NCBI GenBank assembly: GCA_963807635.1
Contig: CAWEDJ010000046.1
Location: 1 to 53,626 of the forward strand
DNA length: 53,626 nucleotides
From: an uncultured cyanobacterium
Lineage (GTDB): Bacteria; Cyanobacteriota; Cyanobacteriia; Cyanobacteriales; Microcystaceae
Direction: 5' to 3'
Shown here: positions 33,191-42,640 of the stretch, piece after piece
Layout of the letters: each line of letters opens with the position of its first letter
How positions within the stretch are numbered: the stretch's first letter is position 1
Made by a program: the position numbers and the translations under genes
The notes under the pieces: generated by a model
Told to the model about the DNA's origin: nothing
The model's database searches: none
What the model saw: only the letters and a program-made list of their open reading frames with translations

Positions 33191-36100
33191 ATGAATGATC
33201 CTCTGTCGCCACAACTCCCCAAAAATTCGGAATTATCCTTACCAACAACTCAACAAAATGGTGATAATTCTCGTCTTTCTCTAGAGGATCTGCATTGTTT
33301 GATTGAAACGGCGATCGGTCGCTATTGGTCTAGGGGCGTAAAAATTAAAACTCAAAAAGATCTCATTAATCTGGAAAAAGTGACCCAGGTGGTTAATGAT
33401 TCTTTAACCAATCAATCTACATCTTTAGATGCCCAAAACCAAACTTATTTTGAAATTTTACAGGGACTCTATCAGGAATTTACGGGCAATTTTAGCGCGG
33501 CCTTAAATTACTATCAAGCGGCGATCGCGGGCTATCAACAAATTGAAGATAAAAATCAAGAAAAATGGGTTTTAATTCAGACAGCCCATTGCTATTTTTT
33601 ACAAGCCTACTGGGAAAAAGATCTAAACCATTCCGCCTGGCAAAATACCCGTCATTACCTCACCCAAAGTCTCCAATTACTAACAGGAGATAATTGGCAA
33701 AACCTACGGGATGATTCCTTAACTCTACTGGGTAAAATCCTCAGAGGTTTAGAAGATTGGGAACAATTAAAAATCGTAGCTGAGAGTTTTTTAAATTTAT
33801 ATTATCAAGCAGAGGAAAGAGAGCATCAAGACTCTACAAATTTAGGATTATCTCTCCCCAAAAATGGGAAAAATAGTCTCTCTTCTAGCCTCATTGAAGC
33901 CCAGGGTTTTCTGGGAGAGTGTTTTATCGAACAGTGGCAATTTGAAGAAGCGAAAACCGCTATTCAACAGGCTCTCAATTTTTATCATCAATCCCCTGAC
34001 GGACTAAAGCACTTTCATAGTTGGCTCCATTATCTGTTGGGTCGGGTACAGATGGGTTTAAAGGAAGAGGAACAGGCGATCAATCTCTTAGAGAGTGCTA
34101 AAGAGAGCATTACCTTTGAAGCCGATCCTCAATTATATTTGGCAATTTTAATTGAGTTACGTTACTGTTATTGCAAACGACAGGATGCCATTGAGGTATT
34201 AGCTATAGACCAACTCTATCAAGCCCTAGAGTATCGCATGGGGAAACGGGCTTTTATTGGGCTAAATCCCCTGAGTAGTTTTTGTTTATTAAAATTAATT
34301 CACCCGTTAATTTCCTATTCTTTATTCACAGAAAATGAAAGGGATTCTGGCATTATCCCGACAGAAATTGCCCATTCAGAACGCATTCAAGATCTACAAA
34401 AAATTCAATCTTTAATCAGCGATCGCCAAACTAGAATTCTCATGCTTTATGGCGATCGGGGAATTGGCAAAACCTCTGTAATTCAATCAGGATTAATTCC
34501 CTATTTACACAAGAATCAGAGTTTGCCTATTTTGATCCAGGATCTCAAAAACTGGCAGTTGGTTTTTAAACAAGAATTAGCTACCGTGTGTTCTGTTCAT
34601 GGTATTGACAAAGATGATTTTAATGCTGTCACCCTATCTAGTCAAGAACAATTTAAAGATCAACAAATTCTCTTAAATCAATTACAAGAATTAGAAAAAA
34701 AATTGATTAAAGTGGTTTTAATCATAGATTCCCCCGAAGATTTCTTTAATTCCCATTTATCTAATTATCTGGATCGAACCTTTTGGCAATTTTTAGGGGA
34801 ATGTTTCAGTCAAACGAATTTACAAATTATCTTTTGTACTACCCCTGATTATGTCACTCCCTTACTTAATCATTTTAGTGCTGAGTTCAAACAAAATGAT
34901 GTATTAAAGCAAATAACGTTTTACCAACTCCATCCCTTTTCTGAAGAACAAGCTTGGCAAGTGATTCAGGCATTATCCCATAAAACGAATTTTCCCTTGC
35001 CCCCCGATCTGATTGCTGCAATGATTCGCGACTTACGGGATCAGGCAGTGCCGCTACGCGATCGCGACCAAAACATTAATTGTCGTGAACTGCAAATTCT
35101 GGGAACTGTGTTAGAAGACCAACAAATCAAGAGTTTAAAACAATATCAAAATCAAGGGAAAGACCAATTTATTGACTATTACATTGGTACTATTCTCAAA
35201 AATTGTAGCCCGACTCAGCAGAAAATTGCGAATATTTGTCTCTATCTTTTATCTCAATTTAATCAATCCCTAGTGCTTAAAAGTTTATCCGAACTAAAAG
35301 CGCAATTAGAGCAATACCATTTATCCATTAATCCAGAGCAACTAACGCCAATTCTGACGCTTCTGGTTAAATCGGGTTTAATTACAACCGTTATTAATAA
35401 CAATGAAATTTATTATCGACCTCTGACTCTCCCCCTTGCCAAAAATATCCGTAATTCCCCTCTAGTTGCCCAACATCATTTAGGATCCAATTCTGAACCC
35501 CAAAAAGCTTTATTGCTGGATCATCAAGAAACCCTAATTGATCACTCTTTAGTGGACAAAAAATTAGCAGATGCCCAACAGCAACTAGAAGACGCAAAAT
35601 CTCAATATCAAAATGTTCTCATTGGTATCCGTTTAGAACGTCAATCCCTCATTACCCTCAAACAATTTGAATCCCAACAGATTGACGGCTTACTTCTGGC
35701 TCTCAAAGCAGGTAAAGAACTCCAACAATTGCTCAAGGAAGATACCCCCCTGATGGACTATCCCAGTATTAGTCCTCTGCTGACCCTGCAAACGATTCTT
35801 GGTCAAATCTATGAGCGCAACCGCTTTCAACAACGGGCTTCTATCACGGATCTACATATCAGTCCCAATGACCAATTGATCCTCACGGCTTCCTCCGATG
35901 GCAATGCCCGTATTTGGGATAGGTTGGGGAAAAAACTGGCGACTTTAAGGGGACATCAGGGCGCGATCACGAGCGTTCGTTGGAATAGGGACGGAAATTA
36001 TATTTTGACTGCTTCGGCGGATCAAACCGCTAGGCTCTGGAATGGCAAAGGGGAATTTTTGGCGGTATTACAGGGGCATCAGGATTGGGTCAGGAGTGCG

Positions 36101-37939
36101 GAATTTAGTCCTGATAATCAATGGATCGTGACGGCTTCTAGGGATGGAACGGTTCGACTGTGGGATCTTTTGGGGGAAGAACGAAGCGTTTTTACGGGTC
36201 ATCAAAGTTGGGTCAGAAATGCAGAATTTAGCCCCAATAGCCAGTATGTGTTGACAGCGTCCAAGGATGGAACGGCTCGCCTGTGGAATCTGCGGGGGCA
36301 AGAATTACTCAACCTCAAAGGTCATCAAAGTTGGGTCAGAAATGCTCATTTTAGTCAGGATGGTCAGCTGGTCGTAACAGCTTCGGCAGATGGAACGGCG
36401 AAAATTTGGGATTTGTCGGGAAAAGTGGTGGCAACTCTCCAAGGCCATCAAAACTGGGTCAGAAATGCGGAATTTAATTCCACTGGCGATTTGGTAGTCA
36501 CGGCTTCGGCGGATGGGACGGCTCGCATTTGGGATCTATCAGGAAAGGCGATCGCGATTTTGCAGGGTCATCAACAGGGATTATATGACGCTCACTTTAG
36601 TCCCAACGGTCAATTTATTGTCACCACCTCTCCCGATCGCACGGCACGGCTCTGGAATCGTAAAGGAAAAGCCCTAGTGATTTTGCGGGGCCATCAACAG
36701 GACGTTTATCAAGCCCAATTTAGTCGCGATAGTCATCAGTTAGTCACTGTTTCCGCCGATCGCACGGCCCGTCTTTGGGATTTATCCGATAAAGGCGCGA
36801 TCGTTCTACGAGGTCACACCCATTGGGTCAGAAATGCCCATTTTAATGACGACGGCTCCTGCATTGTGACGACCTCCAGGGATAAAACCGCCCGTCTCTG
36901 GGATAACCAGGGCAAAGCTCTCGCGATCCTAGAAGGCCATCAAGATTGGGTCAGAAGTGCTTCTTTTAACCCCAATGGCCAGTTACTCGCCACCGCTTCA
37001 GCCGATAAAACCGCCCAACTCTGGAGTACAACGGGGAAAAAATTGACCACCTTTCAGGGTCATCATGATGCGGTTTTAGAAGTTCAATTCAGTCCCAATG
37101 GTCAGTATTTAGTAACAGCGTCTAAGGACAAAACCGCTAGGGTCTGGACTCCCTCTGGCCGAACTTTGGCTGTCCTCCGAAAACATCAAGATGCCGTTTA
37201 TAGTGCCTCCTTTAGTCCCGATGGTCAATTTATCGTGACCGCTTCTGGGGATGGAACCGCCTGTATTTGGGACATTATCGGTCGAGAAATGGCCACTTGC
37301 ACAGGCCATGAACAACCGATTTATAGTGCGCAACTCAGTGCGGATAATGAATTTCTCGTGACAGCTTCCGCCGATAAAACGGCCCGCGTTTGGGATATTA
37401 CGGGTAAACAAATCGCGCTTTTGGCGGGTCATCACGGCATGATCTATCAAGCCCGATTAAGTCCCGATGAACACTTGATCGTCACGGCTTCGGCAGACAA
37501 AACCGCTTGTATTTGGGGACGTTCTGGGCAAAAAATAGCGGTTTTATACGGTCATCAAGCCTTGGTTAGTAGTGCGGAATGGAGTCCCGATGGCCAACTC
37601 ATCGTCACGGCTTCTGAGGATGGAACGGCTAGGCTCTGGGATCGTATGGGTAGGGAACTCGCCACTCTACAGGGACATCAAAGTTGGGTGAGAACGGCGG
37701 AATTTAGTGCTGATGGTCGTTGTATTATCACGGCTTCGACGGATGGGACGGCTAGAATTTGGCAGATTGATTCTCTCGAAGAATTAATAAATAAGGGTCG
37801 TGATTGGCTCCAGGATTATTTGAGTAATAGTGCCCTGGGTAAAGAGGCCGAAAAAACCATTATTCGCAGTGCAGTAGAGCCTTCTGTGCTGTTCAATCGT
37901 GAGGGAGAGGCAACGGTTCTCTCTAGTCAGTCTCGTTAA
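33191..37939 (+). CDS. TPR - STAND-type (nSTAND1-like) P-loop NTPase - WD40 repeat protein
   Basis: N-terminal TPR-like helices; Walker A GDRGIGKTS; Walker B-like LIIDSPEDFF; ELQILG motif; ~16 GH...WD repeats of 41 aa. Confidence 0.88.
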   Translation: MNDPLSPQLPKNSELSLPTTQQNGDNSRLSLEDLHCLIETAIGRYWSRGVKIKTQKDLINLEKVTQVVNDSLTNQSTSLDAQNQTYFEILQGLYQEFTGNFSAALNYYQAAIAGYQQIEDKNQEKWVLIQTAHCYFLQAYWEKDLNHSAWQNTRHYLTQSLQLLTGDNWQNLRDDSLTLLGKILRGLEDWEQLKIVAESFLNLYYQAEEREHQDSTNLGLSLPKNGKNSLSSSLIEAQGFLGECFIEQWQFEEAKTAIQQALNFYHQSPDGLKHFHSWLHYLLGRVQMGLKEEEQAINLLESAKESITFEADPQLYLAILIELRYCYCKRQDAIEVLAIDQLYQALEYRMGKRAFIGLNPLSSFCLLKLIHPLISYSLFTENERDSGIIPTEIAHSERIQDLQKIQSLISDRQTRILMLYGDRGIGKTSVIQSGLIPYLHKNQSLPILIQDLKNWQLVFKQELATVCSVHGIDKDDFNAVTLSSQEQFKDQQILLNQLQELEKKLIKVVLIIDSPEDFFNSHLSNYLDRTFWQFLGECFSQTNLQIIFCTTPDYVTPLLNHFSAEFKQNDVLKQITFYQLHPFSEEQAWQVIQALSHKTNFPLPPDLIAAMIRDLRDQAVPLRDRDQNINCRELQILGTVLEDQQIKSLKQYQNQGKDQFIDYYIGTILKNCSPTQQKIANICLYLLSQFNQSLVLKSLSELKAQLEQYHLSINPEQLTPILTLLVKSGLITTVINNNEIYYRPLTLPLAKNIRNSPLVAQHHLGSNSEPQKALLLDHQETLIDHSLVDKKLADAQQQLEDAKSQYQNVLIGIRLERQSLITLKQFESQQIDGLLLALKAGKELQQLLKEDTPLMDYPSISPLLTLQTILGQIYERNRFQQRASITDLHISPNDQLILTASSDGNARIWDRLGKKLATLRGHQGAITSVRWNRDGNYILTASADQTARLWNGKGEFLAVLQGHQDWVRSAEFSPDNQWIVTASRDGTVRLWDLLGEERSVFTGHQSWVRNAEFSPNSQYVLTASKDGTARLWNLRGQELLNLKGHQSWVRNAHFSQDGQLVVTASADGTAKIWDLSGKVVATLQGHQNWVRNAEFNSTGDLVVTASADGTARIWDLSGKAIAILQGHQQGLYDAHFSPNGQFIVTTSPDRTARLWNRKGKALVILRGHQQDVYQAQFSRDSHQLVTVSADRTARLWDLSDKGAIVLRGHTHWVRNAHFNDDGSCIVTTSRDKTARLWDNQGKALAILEGHQDWVRSASFNPNGQLLATASADKTAQLWSTTGKKLTTFQGHHDAVLEVQFSPNGQYLVTASKDKTARVWTPSGRTLAVLRKHQDAVYSASFSPDGQFIVTASGDGTACIWDIIGREMATCTGHEQPIYSAQLSADNEFLVTASADKTARVWDITGKQIALLAGHHGMIYQARLSPDEHLIVTASADKTACIWGRSGQKIAVLYGHQALVSSAEWSPDGQLIVTASEDGTARLWDRMGRELATLQGHQSWVRTAEFSADGRCIITASTDGTARIWQIDSLEELINKGRDWLQDYLSNSALGKEAEKTIIRSAVEPSVLFNREGEATVLSSQSR

Positions 37940-38077
37940 TTAAGAGGGTGAATGCAAAAAGGGCGATCGCATAATTCCCCAAAAATCGAAATATTTGTAA
38001 GAATAGGAAACAAAATAGTTCCCGTTGATCGTCTTTGGTGAACAAGTCTGATTCCCTTTTTTTTGATCTTTTTTCTG

Positions 38078-38260
38078 ATGCAATCTAGTTTTTCCATCGT
38101 TTTTAAGAATGGACAGACCGCGCAAGTCCTCAATGTAGAACCTGAGTAAGATTTGGCTTCGGCGTTGGTTGCTGTCAGTTTGACGGAATCTCGTCCTGTT
38201 TTAGTGGCGATCGGGGGGCAAGTTTAATTAGTGAAGAAGAGGATTTACAGCGTTTTTTTA
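38078..38260 (+). pseudogene. Remnant of SLOG-superfamily (LSDAT-like) gene
   Basis: MQSSFSIVFKNGQTAQVLNVEPE*DLASALVAVSLTESRPVLVAIGG/ASLISEEEDLQR: stop at 38147, frameshift in G6 (38213-18), then truncated. RPVLVxxGGAS is the LSDAT N-terminal Gly loop. Confidence 0.65.
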
Positions 38261-38317
38261 GACTTTTAGCCTGTACATTCTATCGTTAAAAAATAACAAA
38301 ATAAACTAAATTTAGCT

Positions 38318-38986
38318 ATGAAATTCCAATTCAAAGAATGGTTTACACGGAAAAAACCTGAGAACAATCCTCCTGAGAAAAAGTCTCGTGAAAAAACTGA
38401 GGATGAGAAAGTGTTCGAGGGAATGATTGAATTACTCAAATCAAAACAGGAACTAGATGATTTTCAAACTGAGTATTTAAAATCGAGGCTGGTCAATCAA
38501 ATAGTCTATATGGACGGTAAGTCTAATAAATGCAAAGAAAAGTATGTAAAATCTCAAATGATTTCTATTATTGGAGGAGTTGTTGTGACAGCTTTAGTCG
38601 GACTGAGTACATTTATTCCTCCTGAGAAAGATAGTGTAGATATGCGTAAATTCTTTGGAGTTGCTGCTTTTGTAGTTAGTCAAGTCGTTACTGTTACCAG
38701 TGCTTTAGAACAGTTACATAAAAACAACGAGTTGTGGTTATTTTATCGACGCAGTAATGAATATATGAAGTCCCAACTTTGGCATTTTTTAGAATTGACT
38801 GGCCCCTATGAAAATATTGGTAGAAAGACTGCTTTTAGAATTCTTGTTAAACAATCAGAAGAAATTATTCCAAGGGATTTGGATATACTTTCCGCTAAAA
38901 GCAAGGAAAATAATATATCAGTAAATCCTGAACCAGACAATAAGAAACAATTAGAAAATAATAATCAAAATCTTCTGGATGGATAA
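38318..38986 (+). CDS. SLATT / DUF4231 two-TM protein
   Basis: LKSRLVNQIVYMD..S...Y, two TM helices, W..YR...E.MK...W.F..LTGPY. Confidence 0.8.
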   Translation: MKFQFKEWFTRKKPENNPPEKKSREKTEDEKVFEGMIELLKSKQELDDFQTEYLKSRLVNQIVYMDGKSNKCKEKYVKSQMISIIGGVVVTALVGLSTFIPPEKDSVDMRKFFGVAAFVVSQVVTVTSALEQLHKNNELWLFYRRSNEYMKSQLWHFLELTGPYENIGRKTAFRILVKQSEEIIPRDLDILSAKSKENNISVNPEPDNKKQLENNNQNLLDG

Positions 38987-39058
38987 AGATTGATAATCAA
39001 AAGTTATCATGAAAAGTAAGCCAAAAATTAAGCTTGTAATCTCCTCGCAATCTAAATT

Positions 39059-39153
39059 TAAGTAGGTAGAGGCAATGAAATTTTCAGAAAATCGATTCAC
39101 AGCAAGGCTTTGAAGGTAATCTATTCTACATTTAATTCCAACCACCTAACTTA
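39059..39153. repeat. MITE-like element without REP core
   Basis: Ends TAAGTAGGTAG / CCACCTAACTTA resemble the ends of 25227-25348. Confidence 0.55.
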
Positions 39154-39313
39154 ATGCTAAATACGTGCTAATGTATACTCTAGCAAAAGTGTTTGAATTT
39201 AAATATTCAGCAACTTAAGTACCTTGACAAAATTATTTACACAAGGTAATCCTTGTACAGTAAGACTTCTGGGCTTGTCTAATAGGTAATTTATTTTGCA
39301 GAATCACTTAGTA

Positions 39314-39727
39314 ATGTTTGATATTTTTATTTGTTATTCTCGAAAAGAAATTGATTTTATTCACTGTCTTAATATAGCCCTAAAAAGCATCAAATTAAGT
39401 GTGTGGATTGATCAAGAAAATATCTTCAATGAATCTGATTGGTATCCGCTTGTTAAGAAAGCAATTCAAGAATCTATTCTTTGTTTGATTGTTGTAAATC
39501 AAGATCTTCTTAACTCAACTTCTTGTTTTATGGAAATTGAAAGAATAATATCTCTTCAAAAGCCGACTATTTTAATATTTCGATCTAGTGTTTTGTCTAT
39601 ACCCACATATTTATCAAAACTTAACTTGATTTATAGTTGTGATAGCGATAGTTTAATTAAATCTTATGATGTTTTATTAAATGAAATTTTAAAATTTAGA
39701 GAAGCTCAAAACAGTGCCTCAATATAA
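39314..39727 (+). CDS. Stand-alone TIR-domain protein
   Basis: FDIFICYSRKE (box 1), VWIDQENI...W....AIQES, S..C..E with the putative catalytic Glu; very AT-rich. Confidence 0.85.
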   Translation: MFDIFICYSRKEIDFIHCLNIALKSIKLSVWIDQENIFNESDWYPLVKKAIQESILCLIVVNQDLLNSTSCFMEIERIISLQKPTILIFRSSVLSIPTYLSKLNLIYSCDSDSLIKSYDVLLNEILKFREAQNSASI

Positions 39728-39804
39728 GTTTTTTCTGTAATGGAAAAAATAAACTTCCTTATGAAATTTTGACATAATTAAAAAATGCGATCATCCAACA
39801 TACT

Positions 39805-40371
39805 TTAATAAGATCGAGTTTGAAAATTTTCGGGAGTCTCTAATTCAAAAAATTCATCGTGAATGCGAGCAACATAAAAACCTTCTTCCAGCGTTTTTTC
39901 GCGTAATTCAGGAGACATATCAACAGCCGCTAAAATACCATAGAGTTGCTTATCCCGATGCTCAGCAAAAAAGCTACGAAAACGTTGCAAAATACTTTTT
40001 AATTGCGTAATAAATTCTTCCCTAGCATGACTTTTAACTTCGACAATATAAGCAGTATTCAAATTACCATTAGCATAGGCGAGAACATCAATTTCTAGAT
40101 GTCGGCCTTCCTTACTGGCCCGTACACTAGGACTAATGATTTCCATGCCAAACCGTTGTCTGAGAATCTTTTCCATTGAAGGAAGCGCAAGACCTTCCGT
40201 AAAACTACCAAATTTTGAACCCAATCCCCCAATTTGTTTTCCTAACTCTTTGAGTTGGCGATCGGTCGCCTTCTGTTGTTGAGCATTTTCCTTCAGTTGC
40301 AGGTCAGTTTCTTTTTGAGCAGTGGTTAATTCAGCGAGAAGTTTCCAGACATCATCTGCGGTGGTTGCCAT
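39805..40371 (-). CDS. DUF3782-type coiled-coil + PD-(D/E)XK-fold protein
   Basis: QKETDLQLKE..ATDRQLKELGKQIGGLG.KFGSFTEG; EIDVLA...IVEVKS. Confidence 0.8.
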   Translation of the reverse strand: MATTADDVWKLLAELTTAQKETDLQLKENAQQQKATDRQLKELGKQIGGLGSKFGSFTEGLALPSMEKILRQRFGMEIISPSVRASKEGRHLEIDVLAYANGNLNTAYIVEVKSHAREEFITQLKSILQRFRSFFAEHRDKQLYGILAAVDMSPELREKTLEEGFYVARIHDEFFELETPENFQTRSY

Positions 40372-40568
40372 AGATGGTTTACCTCTGTTATTGTTTTCTC
40401 TATTTTAATAGAGTGTCCGTGATCTTTTTTAATGGATGATGAGCAACTATTTGACGATCGCCGTTTTGAGAACTGGGAGAGCGATCTGAGGTGGCCCCAA
40501 TAGGCTGAACAAAAATAGCGGGGAGTGAAGCTCTGAAGTTAACGGACTCCCTAACTAAAAACGTTCTC

Positions 40569-41390
40569 TCAAGTCAAATTCAAACTTTGACCGTAGACTT
40601 GCTCTGGCGTTTGATATTCTAAGGCTTGATGGAAACGTTCCTTATTATAGAAATTAAACCATTTCTTTACCTCTTCTGTCAAGTGTTTTCCATCCTCAAA
40701 GGAATAAATATAAATTAATTCGTATTTCAGAGAACGCCACAATCTTTCAATAAAAATATTGTCGTAGCAACGTCCTCTTCCATCCATACTAATTTTGATG
40801 TTTTCTTGCTTTAAACATCCTGTAAATTCCTTTGAAGTAAATTGGCTTCCTTGATCACTATTAAAGATGTCTGGTTTGCCATAAATTAATAATGCTTCCT
40901 CCAAAGCTGACTTACAAAAATAAACATCCATCGTGTTACTCATCCTCCATGATAAGACTTTACGGCTAAACCAATCCATAATGGCGACTAGATAAAAGTG
41001 TCCTTTTCCTATTGGCAAATAGGTGATGTCGGTACACCACACTTGATTGGCTTTTTCAATGCTTAACTCTCGTAATAAGTAAGGATAAATTTGATGCTCA
41101 GGGTTTCGTATTGTTGTTCGTTTCTTTGGGTAAATTGCTTGTATCCCCAATTGATTCATCAATCGTATCACTCTTTTTCGATTTACCTCATAACCCAACG
41201 TATTGAGGTATACTGTCATTTTTCTACTCCCATAAAATGGTGTTTTCATATATTGCTCATCCAACAGTCTCAATAGCGTTAATTCTTCGGAACTTATTTC
41301 CTTCGGTTCGTAATAATAACTCGAACGACTTATTCCTAATAATTCACATTGACGTTGGATACACAATTCAGGATGCTTGGGGTCTACCAA
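40569..41390 (-). CDS. IS3 transposase OrfB (rve/DDE)
   Basis: WCTDITY, FNSDQGSQF, DNIFIERLWRSLKYE. Confidence 0.95.
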   Translation of the reverse strand: MVDPKHPELCIQRQCELLGISRSSYYYEPKEISSEELTLLRLLDEQYMKTPFYGSRKMTVYLNTLGYEVNRKRVIRLMNQLGIQAIYPKKRTTIRNPEHQIYPYLLRELSIEKANQVWCTDITYLPIGKGHFYLVAIMDWFSRKVLSWRMSNTMDVYFCKSALEEALLIYGKPDIFNSDQGSQFTSKEFTGCLKQENIKISMDGRGRCYDNIFIERLWRSLKYELIYIYSFEDGKHLTEEVKKWFNFYNKERFHQALEYQTPEQVYGQSLNLT

Positions 41391-41701
41391 GGTTTTTCGG
41401 TCGGCAGCCCCAATTGTACCGACCTGTCTACTAAAAAATCTCGCTCGACTTTTAGCTTTCCTATTTGTCGATATAGTTCATCTATCTGGGTTTCAGCTTT
41501 TTCTTTGATTTCTTTTCCTTGTTTTTCTGTCTCAAAGATTTGACTAGCTTCTTCCAATATTTTTCTTTTCCATCCATTAATCATTGTTGGATGAATTTCA
41601 TATTGACTGGCTAATTCAGATACCGTTTTTTCTCCTCGAATTGCTTCTAAGGCGACTTTGGCTTTGAACTGGGCACCGTACTGTTTTTTCTTGTTGCTCA
41701 T
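41384..41701 (-). CDS. IS3 transposase OrfA (HTH)
   Basis: FKAKVALEAI..EKTVSELASQYEIHP...WK; overlaps OrfB. Confidence 0.93.
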   Translation of the reverse strand: MSNKKKQYGAQFKAKVALEAIRGEKTVSELASQYEIHPTMINGWKRKILEEASQIFETEKQGKEIKEKAETQIDELYRQIGKLKVERDFLVDRSVQLGLPTEKPW

Positions 41702-41803
41702 AGATCTCCTGGGTTTCGATTTAGAGCTTACACTACTGTCCAGTTTTGGGGGGCCACTTCAATCACCTCTCAGGAAATATCACTTCAACCCTAAAAAAAT
41801 TGC

Positions 41804-41857
41804 AAAAAAAAAGAGTCCTTATCCTGCTAACTCATCTCAAAGCAAGGATAAAGACCC
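41804..41857 (-). terminator. Probable terminator of the cta operon
   Basis: Inverted repeat GTCCTTATCCTGCT / AGCAAGGATAAAGAC followed on the minus strand by T9. Confidence 0.6.
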
Positions 41858-41870
41858 ACAGTTATTAAAC

Positions 41871-42488
41871 TTACAGTAAATACACCAAAATAAAGAGAAT
41901 AATCCAAACCACATCGACAAAGTGCCAATACAATTCAGCCGCTTCTACGCCAAAATGGGAACTACTTGAATAATGACCAGCAGTACGCGATCGCCAAAGA
42001 ACCGCCAAAATCAACATCAAACCAAAGGTAACGTGTAAACCATGAAAACCCGTTAGAACATAGAAACAACTAGAAAATAAATTAGTTGTTAATCCCATTT
42101 CTAAATGGAAATATTCATACAACTGACCCGCCAAAAAGACCGCACCCATGACCGCCGTAATCCCTAACCAAAGTCTGAGACCCGCTTCATCATTTTTCTT
42201 AATTGCGGTCTGACCCTTGTGCATCACAAAACTACTGGCGATTAGGATCACGCTGTTAATGCCAGGTAACAATAATTCCCGTTCTGGCGTTCCTTCAGGG
42301 GGCCAAACGGGTGACATACTACGATAAATCAAATAGGCCGTAAAAAGACCCAGGAAAATGGCACTTTCTGCCAGCAAGAACATTACCATCCCAAACATTC
42401 GATAATCGGGATGACCGTGATGGGAATGGGTTTCTGTCTCAGTGTATGCCGTCGTAACATCGGTGGACGAAATAGCTGAACTCTGCAT
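41871..42488 (-). CDS. ctaE: Cytochrome c oxidase subunit III
   Basis: FL.AE..IF, LTGFHGLHV, LYWHFVDVVW. Confidence 0.95.
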   Translation of the reverse strand: MQSSAISSTDVTTAYTETETHSHHGHPDYRMFGMVMFLLAESAIFLGLFTAYLIYRSMSPVWPPEGTPERELLLPGINSVILIASSFVMHKGQTAIKKNDEAGLRLWLGITAVMGAVFLAGQLYEYFHLEMGLTTNLFSSCFYVLTGFHGLHVTFGLMLILAVLWRSRTAGHYSSSSHFGVEAAELYWHFVDVVWIILFILVYLL

Positions 42489-42510
42489 GATGATTAATGA
42501 GTTATGGATA

Positions 42511-42631
42511 TAAATAGGTAACTGCTTACAATTCAATTGGCAATAGGTTTTAAACTCGATCCCCCCTGACCCCTTTGATAAGGGGGGTGTCCGTAGGACG
42601 GGGGGATCTTACCGTTTTAAATGCTCACTTA
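42511..42631. repeat. MITE-like element with REP-like core (copy 2), in the ctaD-ctaE spacer
   Basis: Core 42555-42608 nearly identical to 25268-25321; the right end CTCACTTA is shared. Confidence 0.72.
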
Positions 42632-42640
42632 CTGAGAAAA

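Larger units (their letters stand above)
40487..41761 (-). mobile_element. IS3-family insertion sequence
   Basis: TG...CA ends; imperfect 25-bp TIRs TGAGGTGGCCCCAATAGGCTGAACA / TGTCCAGTTTTGGGGGGCCACTTCA; 3-bp TSD ATC at 40484-86 and 41762-64. Confidence 0.93.

Noticed and set aside
35820..37770. WD40 repeats as a hypervariable near-identical repeat array
   Set aside because: The repeats are substantially diverged at DNA level; only short motifs (e.g. TGGGTCAGAAATGC) recur.
37936..38133. Two small minus-strand ORFs after the WD40 gene
   Set aside because: Low-complexity and overlapping; the plus-strand SLOG-like remnant explains part of the region better.
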